A stretch of 64,000 nucleotides of DNA from Bacilli bacterium. Its GTDB lineage: Bacteria > Bacillota_I > Bacilli_A > RFN20 > CAG-826. The notes beneath the pieces were generated by a model. That model was not told where the DNA came from. It did no database searches and saw nothing but the letters and a program-made list of their open reading frames with translations. Shown here one piece after another: positions 56,375-64,000 of this stretch. The stretch lies in contig JAFUHI010000004.1 in assembly GCA_017468925.1 (NCBI GenBank), positions 70,161 through 134,160 of the forward strand. Reading direction: 5' to 3'. Within the stretch, counting starts at the first letter, position 1, and each line of letters opens with the position of its first letter. Made by a program: the position numbers and the translations under genes.

Positions 56375-56388
56375 AGTATCTCCTTTGC

Positions 56389-58317
56389 TTAAAGCAACCT
56401 TATTTGATTCTTGGTGTTGTATGCATGTATTTGTTTGGTATCCAATGCAATATAGACATTTTGACCGACATCGTAATCTTTGTCGAGAGAAACAATGATT
56501 TCTTTTGCTTCGTCATTCTCGCATTTGGCGAATTTCTCTTTTCCATAGTTGAGGATGGAGATGAGTTTCGCTTCGATGCCGCCTTGATCGATATCGCAAA
56601 TTCTAGCGGCGTATGGGGAGAATCTTATCTCGATTTCTTCTTTGAAGGCTTTGTTGCTCATCAAATTGACTAGTTTTAAGCCGGTGGAGGCGTCCACTGG
56701 GATGATTTTTCCTGCAGATGTCTCGAATTCGCAATAATATTCCTTGATCTTTGTTACGCGCCCATTCATATTTACATGCTCTTTCATAAGAGATTTTTTG
56801 TTTACCTTCACAATAAGCGAGGTCTCTTCTTGCAAAGGCGAAAACGATGAGGAAGAAGAATCAAAAGCGATTCGTTTGAAATCAAGTGCGATTTTAATCG
56901 TATCCCCTTCTTTATGCTTTTCGCTTAATGGGGCTGAAACAAAAGCGTATTCATCTCCTATTTTCAAGGTTAATACATTTTTATCGGTCGCGACTGAAAC
57001 TGAGGAGATTTTCGCTTCAATTTCCCCACCTGCAGTAATCGCATCGGTTGGGATTGTAAGCGCATATTCCCCATCGCTTATTTCTTTCATTGCAGGAGGC
57101 AAGGCAAAAGAATGCCCATAGATAGAGACTTTTCCATCTTTTACCATCCCCTTTGTCTTAACGAATGCAGGGAGCAATTTGCTAATGGATTCCTCGTTTT
57201 CTGAATCGAATAGATGCATATGTTCCAAATCGAAAGAAACTTCCACTTCATCCCCGCTTTGATGGCTATATCCCGTTGGGGCACGGAAGATGATTCTAGT
57301 TGGGGATTCGCCAACCAAATCATCGTCATTTAAATTGAGGTCAGCGTAGATTTGGGCGTCCACCCCCAAATCCTCGATATGCCCGATTTTGCACATCGCT
57401 TTGTATGGGTATTTATTTGGATCGCTAGAAATATGTTCGCTTCTTATTCCAAAACAAACAGTTACATCGCCATTTAGGTATTTCTCGTCAACCCTTGAGA
57501 ACAAATCAAGAGGGGCTAAGAAACTTAAATCGAGTTTTTCAAAAATCATTTCGACTTTTTTGCCTTCGGTTTTCTTGAGTTTGACATTTAAGAAATTCAT
57601 CTGAGGCGTGCCGATGAATCCCGCGACGAATTTATTTATCGGGTATCTATAAAGATTCTTTGGGGTGTCGATTTGTTGGACAAATCCTTCTTTCATTACG
57701 ACGATCCTAGTTCCCATTGTCATGGCTTCGACCTGATCATGGGTGACATAGATGAAGGTAGTCTGGAGCCTATTATGGAGCTTCGAGATCTGGCTCCTCA
57801 TTTGGGCTCTTAATTTAGCGTCCAAGTTGGAAAGAGGCTCATCCAACAAGAAGACTTTTGGTTCGCGGACGATTGCCCTGCCCAAGGCTACCCTTTGCCT
57901 TTGGCCTCCCGACATCGCTTTTGGCTTGCGGTCCAAATATTCACTTAAGCCAAGGATTTCAGCGATATTTCTTACCCTTTCATCTATCTCCGCTTTCGGC
58001 ATGTGGCGAAGCTTTAGACCGAACGCCATATTCTTATAAACGCTCATGTGGGGATATAAGGCGTAGTTTTGGAAAACCATGGCGATATCTCTTTCCTTCG
58101 GTTCGGCGTCGTTGACGATCATATCGTCGATTTTTATCTCACCTGAGGTGATTTCCTCCAAGCCGGCAATCATTCTTAAGGTTGTGGATTTTCCACATCC
58201 TGAAGGGCCGACAAATACAATGAATTCCTTATCTTCTATCTTCATTGTGAAATCATTGACGGCTTTCACTCCATTTGGATAGACTTTATAAACGTGACTT
58301 AGTTCAAGATTAGACAT
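56389..58317 (-). CDS. MalK/MsmK/UgpC-type sugar ABC transporter ATPase with about 260-aa C-terminal extension
   Basis: 642 aa with Walker [11 protein letters not shown]-loop, signature SGGQRQR, Walker B LLDEPLS, and H-loop. After the normal TOBE-like end ([17 protein letters not shown]) come two further TOBE-like ends ([33 protein letters not shown]). Confidence 0.88.
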   Translation of the reverse strand: MSNLELSHVYKVYPNGVKAVNDFTMKIEDKEFIVFVGPSGCGKSTTLRMIAGLEEITSGEIKIDDMIVNDAEPKERDIAMVFQNYALYPHMSVYKNMAFGLKLRHMPKAEIDERVRNIAEILGLSEYLDRKPKAMSGGQRQRVALGRAIVREPKVFLLDEPLSNLDAKLRAQMRSQISKLHNRLQTTFIYVTHDQVEAMTMGTRIVVMKEGFVQQIDTPKNLYRYPINKFVAGFIGTPQMNFLNVKLKKTEGKKVEMIFEKLDLSFLAPLDLFSRVDEKYLNGDVTVCFGIRSEHISSDPNKYPYKAMCKIGHIEDLGVDAQIYADLNLNDDDLVGESPTRIIFRAPTGYSHQSGDEVEVSFDLEHMHLFDSENEESISKLLPAFVKTKGMVKDGKVSIYGHSFALPPAMKEISDGEYALTIPTDAITAGGEIEAKISSVSVATDKNVLTLKIGDEYAFVSAPLSEKHKEGDTIKIALDFKRIAFDSSSSSFSPLQEETSLIVKVNKKSLMKEHVNMNGRVTKIKEYYCEFETSAGKIIPVDASTGLKLVNLMSNKAFKEEIEIRFSPYAARICDIDQGGIEAKLISILNYGKEKFAKCENDEAKEIIVSLDKDYDVGQNVYIALDTKQIHAYNTKNQIRLL

Positions 58318-58344
58318 AATGGTTATCTCCGATAATAGCGTTTC

Positions 58345-61269
58345 TTATTCAAATGATATGGCGGATATGGTGAAGATTGATCCAACTGCTTCATATGAAG
58401 CATCCTTAGCGGAAACATAGATATTATCCGATTCGGAATATTCCTCAATCAAAGATGAGAAATCAAGCACCATATCAACATCGTTTCCGTTATATTGATT
58501 CTCAAAGAAAGAGGCTTGATGGATATCGCCAGACACCGCAGCATAGATCATTGCGACTTCTTGGCTTTCATCCACCGCTTCCGCTTTGACATGAAGATGC
58601 AATTTGGTGTATTGGGCGAGTTTCATAGTCGAGATCATGGTGTTGGTGATTGAGAAATTGGTTTGTGGGTTATCGGCTTTGCCGATTATAGCGCTATTGA
58701 CGCCTGGCCCCCAGGTATTATCTCCCCAACCATTATGTCTGAAGAATGTCCAGAAACTGCCTTCGCTTAGGAAAATGCCATTTAATTTCTCTCTTGCCAT
58801 ATCCTTTTCGACTTCAGGATCGACTTCGGTGGATAATGAGCAATTTCTTATGGTTGTGGTGCATCCTATTCCTTTGCCGTGGAAGCTTGCATCATCATCT
58901 TCGGCGATGAATTCCGTATTCGCTCTCAATTGTAAATTGGAAGAAGAGATGGAAGAGAGGACGAAGGACAAATTATATACGCCTGAATCGTTATGGATGG
59001 ACACGATTTTCCCATTTAGATAATATGAGAGATAACATTCCGTTTTTGCTAGTTCTATTGTGAAGTTAATGGTTTTGTAGCCTTCTTCGATTAAAGCGTC
59101 TACATAGGCCTTATGAAGGAAAACACTCCAAGAGCCAGTGGCAACCACTTCTTTTGAAACGAAATCAAATCTAATATTTGCATCAGTGCTTTCCCACGCT
59201 TCTGATGTATAGAATCTATCTTCTAGCGTGGTGGGATCGCCTGATTCTAGGAATTCTATGGTAATGGTAAGATTCTCTACCGTTCCGTATGTCCCATCTT
59301 CATCTTGTTTGCCGTCTACATCTTCATGCGATGTCATAACGCCAACTAACGGATCGCCATTAAGGTTAATAAGCGTAGCCGCTCCGCCGACTTTGATTTG
59401 GTTTCCATAGCCCCAGCTACCCATAGCAGTCGAAGTGTCTTCGGCGTTATATGCAAAAGCGCGATGGTTGTTGTTTTCTACAGTCATGATGCAGGCTCTA
59501 TAGCCTTCTTCATACATCACGTCCGCCCCATCGAAATAGACATGGGCCCAGTTATATGAGACATCTTTGGTGGTTAATTTGAATTTGGCTTCCCCTATTT
59601 TTTCGGTCTCTAAAATCTCTCCGCTTGTGACTTTCCAAGAATCTTTGGAGACCGAGCGAGTCGTGGAGAAATTCAAAGAATGGATGGAGCCAGTGACCAG
59701 TTGGTCATATCCGCCACCCTCATCGGTCCTGAAACCGAATTGCAAATACCAAGTCGGGCATACATCTAAATCGACTTTGTCTAGATCCAATTCGACGACT
59801 GAATATCCTCCGTTTGTGGAATTCTGGTTCCAGTACTGCTTCCAAAATTCAGGTATTTCGTCGCCATCGTATCCGCTGCTGATAAAAGGAATTGAGGTGA
59901 TTTTATTGCCATCATTGTTAACGACATCAAATCCTATAGTCAAATAACGATATCCTTGGGCTTTGGCTATTCTAATCAAATCATTAGATATTTGAAGTTT
60001 ATCACTGCTGAATGTCGCTATTTTATTTACCGGGTCAGCGTAACTTATATTAGCCCCAGTAATATATTTAGCTAAAATATTTGCATTTAAGAATAAGAAT
60101 CCGCTATTGAGATCTTCTCCTTCTGGCAACTCATACGAGTTAAGGATTCTAAATGTATATGTTTTGCGCAGTGAAGTATTCTCTATCCCATTTCTAAGTG
60201 TGGCTATTTCATAAATATAATCGCCAACAGCATTTAAAGTTGTGGTTTGTGGGTCAACTTCCACGTCATTGAGATAATATTTGAATTCGATTTTTTGAGC
60301 AGAGCCCATTTTTAACGATGCGGTTGGTAGTGAAGTATTATCAGCGGCCAAATATGCATATGTGCCTTCTTCTAAGGAATAATCGACCTTTGCTTCTTCT
60401 GTATCGGTGATGGTGATGGAGAAAGGGATTTTCTCGTCTTCGATTGCTACAAAATACGATAAAGAAACGTCAACTGGCAAGGTTTTGAGGTATGAAGCGG
60501 TAAGATGGTTTGATGAATATGAGGCGTTGTATCTGATTTCTTCGCCTGTTAAAACATTTCCTTCTTCGTCCTCAACCTCGAAATCAACATGAACCTCACC
60601 GGCTTTATCTTTATCGACGACTGAACTATAAATATAAGATAAATCCACTATAGCATCATCGATTTCCGGCAATGAATAAATCTCGATTGTGGCGAAGCTT
60701 GTTATCTCTTCATGCCCAATTAAGTAATAATGGATAAAATAGGTCCCTTCGACTTCGAAATTGACCTCGGACAGATTTACGCCTACTGCGCATTCTTCCC
60801 CTCTATAGATTCCTTCTACGCCTTCAAGGAATTTGGCGGGGCTCTTATCTTCTGAAGTTATTTTATTGAGATTGAGCCTATAGAAAGAGGTTGCAACGGT
60901 TATGCGGCTCGTTTTATATACGCCTTCTACTGTGATAACTATGTTATCCTGGACATCGGTAATCAAATAATTGTGTCCGTCGCCTTGGATGGCAACCCCA
61001 TTATTTTTGACAATGAGATTTGGTGCCTCGTATCCATCTAATATGTCGATGGTGAAGGCGTATGACATTCCTTGTCTCACCGTTTCTAGACCGGTCAGCA
61101 AATATCCTTCTCCTTTTGTCAAAGTGACGGTGAACGTCGTGGCTTCTTTGCTAGATGAAACATCTGGCACCGATGTGTTGTTATCCGTCCCGTTACAAGA
61201 AGAGATTAATAAAGCAGCAGGTAAAAGTAAGCCTAAAGTAAATATATTTTTGCCTTTGTGTTTTTTCAT
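58345..61269 (-). CDS. large surface lipoprotein with four repeated C-terminal modules (function unknown)
   Basis: 974 aa from ATG 61269 (GGAG SD; the track start at 61281 is TTG). Signal peptide plus lipobox is MKKHKGKNIFTLGLLLPAALLISSC. A recurring motif appears about 150 aa apart: AKAQGYRYLTIGF, YEEGYRACIMTV, IEEGYKTINFTI, KLAQYTKLHLHV. Confidence 0.75.
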   Translation of the reverse strand: MKKHKGKNIFTLGLLLPAALLISSCNGTDNNTSVPDVSSSKEATTFTVTLTKGEGYLLTGLETVRQGMSYAFTIDILDGYEAPNLIVKNNGVAIQGDGHNYLITDVQDNIVITVEGVYKTSRITVATSFYRLNLNKITSEDKSPAKFLEGVEGIYRGEECAVGVNLSEVNFEVEGTYFIHYYLIGHEEITSFATIEIYSLPEIDDAIVDLSYIYSSVVDKDKAGEVHVDFEVEDEEGNVLTGEEIRYNASYSSNHLTASYLKTLPVDVSLSYFVAIEDEKIPFSITITDTEEAKVDYSLEEGTYAYLAADNTSLPTASLKMGSAQKIEFKYYLNDVEVDPQTTTLNAVGDYIYEIATLRNGIENTSLRKTYTFRILNSYELPEGEDLNSGFLFLNANILAKYITGANISYADPVNKIATFSSDKLQISNDLIRIAKAQGYRYLTIGFDVVNNDGNKITSIPFISSGYDGDEIPEFWKQYWNQNSTNGGYSVVELDLDKVDLDVCPTWYLQFGFRTDEGGGYDQLVTGSIHSLNFSTTRSVSKDSWKVTSGEILETEKIGEAKFKLTTKDVSYNWAHVYFDGADVMYEEGYRACIMTVENNNHRAFAYNAEDTSTAMGSWGYGNQIKVGGAATLINLNGDPLVGVMTSHEDVDGKQDEDGTYGTVENLTITIEFLESGDPTTLEDRFYTSEAWESTDANIRFDFVSKEVVATGSWSVFLHKAYVDALIEEGYKTINFTIELAKTECYLSYYLNGKIVSIHNDSGVYNLSFVLSSISSSNLQLRANTEFIAEDDDASFHGKGIGCTTTIRNCSLSTEVDPEVEKDMAREKLNGIFLSEGSFWTFFRHNGWGDNTWGPGVNSAIIGKADNPQTNFSITNTMISTMKLAQYTKLHLHVKAEAVDESQEVAMIYAAVSGDIHQASFFENQYNGNDVDMVLDFSSLIEEYSESDNIYVSAKDASYEAVGSIFTISAISFE

Positions 61270-61367
61270 AAGAAACTCCAAATCATTTATTTGAATAAAT
61301 TATATATCTTTTATTAAGTATCTATTATAATTAAAAATGCAAGAGGATTAACAAAAATTGCATAGAA

Positions 61368-62225
61368 ATGATAGATTTATACGATAAGATTAACACTTCT
61401 TCATTCTTCGATGACAGCAGCGATTTTGTGATGGATTACATCGTTACGAACACAATCGGAGAAGATTTTCCTATGATGCTACAGAATCATCTAAACTGCG
61501 AGATATGCATTTGCTTCGATGGCGAGGCGATTGCCGGAACCGATGGAAATAAGACCATAATCAAGAAGGGTTCTTTGATGCTTGTTAATCCGTATGCGAA
61601 TCATGGATTTTCCTCAAGCACCAAAGCATCTTTCTATATCATCGGTTTTTCTAATATTCAATTCGACATACCTGGGGCGGATGTTTTGATCAAAACCGTA
61701 GATATCACCTTGATGATGGACATAATCGAGCAAATGAAGAAATTCGCCTCAGATCCTAAATATAAATCGACGAATATAGTGTGCAATCTCGCCAAAGTGT
61801 TGCTAGAAATCGCGCATGTGGAAACTTCGACTAATCGAAGCAAATATATAGCTGGTCGCGGCTCATTTTTGACAAACAAGGTCGCCGATTATATTGATAA
61901 GAATTTTAAAGCGGATATATCCTTGGAATCCTTATCAAAGATGTTCAACTGCTCAAAATCCACCTTGGCCCACAGCTTCAAAAACGATTATGGCGTTTCC
62001 GTTATGAATTATTTGAAAAATAGAAGGCTCAAAGAGATTTTATTTTGGCTAGAGATTTCCGATAGATCCATTAGTGATTTGGCAATGGATCATAAGTTCG
62101 ACACAATGCCATATTTTTATAAATATTTCGAAAGAAAGATGGGTATGACGCCTAAAGAGTATAGGCAAATGAAAAGGCTTGAGAATAAGGAAAAACGCAG
62201 TAACTCTGCTAATGAAATTAATTAA
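61368..62225 (+). CDS. AraC-family transcriptional regulator
   Basis: 285 aa with an N-terminal cupin-like sensor (..GSLMLVNPYANHGF..) and a C-terminal dual HTH (..LESLSKMFNCSKSTLAHSFK.., ..ISDLAMDHKFDTMPYFYKYFERKMGMTPKEYR..). Confidence 0.85.
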   Translation: MIDLYDKINTSSFFDDSSDFVMDYIVTNTIGEDFPMMLQNHLNCEICICFDGEAIAGTDGNKTIIKKGSLMLVNPYANHGFSSSTKASFYIIGFSNIQFDIPGADVLIKTVDITLMMDIIEQMKKFASDPKYKSTNIVCNLAKVLLEIAHVETSTNRSKYIAGRGSFLTNKVADYIDKNFKADISLESLSKMFNCSKSTLAHSFKNDYGVSVMNYLKNRRLKEILFWLEISDRSISDLAMDHKFDTMPYFYKYFERKMGMTPKEYRQMKRLENKEKRSNSANEIN

Positions 62226-64000
62226 GCCCGTATTTCTCTTTGATCGAAGCGAAAGTCGCTTCTAAGGGTTCGCCATATCTAGAAAGCGAATATTTTGTGC
62301 CCAAATCGATGAATCTCTTGGCTAATTGGCCCTCTTCTTCATCGACACCGACATATCTATCAAACATATATAGTCTCATCCATAGTGGGGATAACGAGGC
62401 TCTTTCAAGGTTTTCGATATAAGTCGCTCTCTCGCTTTGGCTAAGGGAGTCATCATTCAAAGTCGCTTCGATGGCGGAATCAAAACAATCGACCAATTTC
62501 TTTGTGGTTTGGTACGGCCAATATTCTTCTCTTGTCAAATTATTATTTGCGGCCATGTTATATCCACTTGCGGCCATTGCAGCGTATCTATCATCCAATT
62601 CTTGATGGAATTCTTTGATGTATGGGAAGGCTGCTTTGCCAAAATAATACAGATTATATTCGTCCATCAAGTCGCTGATGGATCTAGAGAAATCCCAGCA
62701 TAGATTAGTGAAAACATAAGCGTCAAGGTCGCTTTGATACAGGTTGTATTCATAATACGGTCCTTGGGCAAATTCGTATACCACACCTGCGCTTTTTAGT
62801 AGCGACATCAAGTCCTTGAAAGCCTGGGTTGTCGGGTAATACCACAAGGAATTTGCATACCAGCAGTGATATGTCCAGGCATGGAATCTATTTGTAACTT
62901 TCATCCACCCATCGATCGCCGAATCCCTGACCTCAAGTCTAGGATCGTTTGGAGCATAATATTGGGCCGAATTGATTGGCGCCCATTTTACATATACATC
63001 ATCTCTAGGGATGATTGTCTCGTCTATTGGCTCATTGTTCTCATTTACCGGTGGATCAATCGTGTATTGATAGGCAAACATGCAGAAATTGATGGTTTTT
63101 TGAATGTTTTGCTCTTTCATCCAGTCTTTTATTTCTTTGGCCACGACATTGATGAATCTGACCATTCTTCCGCCGCCCTTATATTTCCTTGCGGATTCGG
63201 CGCATCTATCGCATGGGCAACCACCCGGCGTGTCATGCTGCCCTATCATATAATTCTCGCAATCGGGATTTTGAAGGATTCTTCTTTCAAGATCTTCAAC
63301 TACTAATTTGACGGTGGAAATCTCTTTGGAAGAATCGTATGTTCCATCGTCTTTGACGCCATTAGTGAAGCAGTAATCTATTAATGTGTCGCTATACCAC
63401 GATGAAGTAGCGTTCGCTCCGCTTCCGCTATGGGCGAAAACCTCGCGGTATTCCTCTTTTATCAAATGTCTGCCTAATGAATCTGTCTTATCCCCATCAT
63501 AGTATTTATGGGCTGGGATGATGGAGGCCATCGTGTGAGAAGTATTTCCTTCGTAATCACACCAGCTGGTTGAGCCGCCATAGGCCTTATCCAACATGCA
63601 ATAGTCGGTATTGAAACGCATATGGGCGGTGTATTCTTGATCGTGGTTGAATACAGGGGTGTTAAGGTAGGCTCTTTGAGAGAACATAGGCACATAAGTT
63701 TTGTCGCTTGCGTATAATTCCACCGAATCCAATTTTGGGATGTGGGTGTAACGATAATTCAAGAATTTGACGCCTAACGTATCTTGGATAAACTGGATTG
63801 CCCCATAATATTTGCCTCTTTCATTGAAAGAATTGATCAAAACGCAATGATTATGGGTGTATAAAGCAAAGCCATCGAAATTTAAGGCTTCTTGCGACAA
63901 ATCAATTTCGCCTCTTATATCGGTGAAAGAATCCCAAAGCCTGGTTTTGCCTATCGATATATAGTTGCTTTCCGGAGTCAAAGCCACGCCGGAATCATTG
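62218..64000 (-). CDS. DUF4838-like putative glycoside hydrolase (5' end probably beyond the window)
   Basis: The track start at 63987 is GTG, and the frame stays open to position 64000. The N-terminal ..RGKYYGAIQFIQDTLGVKFL.. resembles the GH20b/GH67N-like domain that precedes DUF4838. A CPCDRC motif is present. The family call is from memory and unverified. Confidence 0.55.
   Translation of the reverse strand, partial: NDSGVALTPESNYISIGKTRLWDSFTDIRGEIDLSQEALNFDGFALYTHNHCVLINSFNERGKYYGAIQFIQDTLGVKFLNYRYTHIPKLDSVELYASDKTYVPMFSQRAYLNTPVFNHDQEYTAHMRFNTDYCMLDKAYGGSTSWCDYEGNTSHTMASIIPAHKYYDGDKTDSLGRHLIKEEYREVFAHSGSGANATSSWYSDTLIDYCFTNGVKDDGTYDSSKEISTVKLVVEDLERRILQNPDCENYMIGQHDTPGGCPCDRCAESARKYKGGGRMVRFINVVAKEIKDWMKEQNIQKTINFCMFAYQYTIDPPVNENNEPIDETIIPRDDVYVKWAPINSAQYYAPNDPRLEVRDSAIDGWMKVTNRFHAWTYHCWYANSLWYYPTTQAFKDLMSLLKSAGVVYEFAQGPYYEYNLYQSDLDAYVFTNLCWDFSRSISDLMDEYNLYYFGKAAFPYIKEFHQELDDRYAAMAASGYNMAANNNLTREEYWPYQTTKKLVDCFDSAIEATLNDDSLSQSERATYIENLERASLSPLWMRLYMFDRYVGVDEEEGQLAKRFIDLGTKYSLSRYGEPLEATFASIKEKYGLN

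Noticed and set aside
1-64000. CRISPR arrays, IS/transposase or integrase-flanked islands, prophage genes, rRNA and tRNA genes.
   Set aside because: None was seen. The only recombinase is a XerD-type housekeeping enzyme, intergenic spaces are short and lack tRNA-like or repeat-spacer structure, and no transposase-like ORF is in the track.

Overview
This 64 kb window comes from a low-GC, compact chromosome that looks Firmicutes- or wall-less-Firmicutes-like (Acholeplasma/Erysipelotrichia-type gene order). It uses the standard genetic code: TGA acts as a stop, for example at the ATGA overlaps of parE/parC and parC/yqeG.

About 60 protein genes are present, and most are housekeeping.
- **Left part (1-11.7 kb, mainly + strand):** ispG (partial), rpmG, an MBL hydrolase, efp, yneF, plsY, parE-parC, and the yqeG-yqeH-yhbY-nadD/yqeK-rsfS cluster.
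- **Strand switch (11.7-12.2 kb):** gene orientation flips in a 527 bp gene-free gap that carries a 28 bp XerCD dif-like site. I read this as the replication terminus.
- **Long minus-strand run (12.2-49.5 kb):** an ABC binding-protein/permease pair, deoB, xerD, dinB, dxs, xseBA, nusB, asp23, tkt, aspS, hisS, relA, recJ, secDF, ruvBA, obg, a GT2 gene, rpmA-prp-rplU, radC, valS (Val T-box leader), an AP-superfamily gene, engB, lon (sigma-A promoter between two CIRCE operators) and tig.
- **Accessory-looking end (48.5-64 kb):**
  - A hypothetical protein.
  - A 43-aa lipoprotein candidate.
  - A family-6-like DNA glycosylase.
  - An XRE regulator.
  - A feoA-feoA-feoB-Cys-rich-HMA operon with palindromic operators.
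  - msrA.
  - A glycan-utilisation-like locus: a 974-aa lipoprotein with four repeated C-terminal modules, a 642-aa MalK-type ATPase with extra TOBE-like repeats, GH20, a divergent AraC regulator and a DUF4838-like gene.

I saw no rRNA, tRNA, CRISPR array or mobile element.

The most unusual sequence-level signal is a 13-mer, AAAACTACTAATT. It occurs four times on the same strand, always outside or at the very end of coding sequence.
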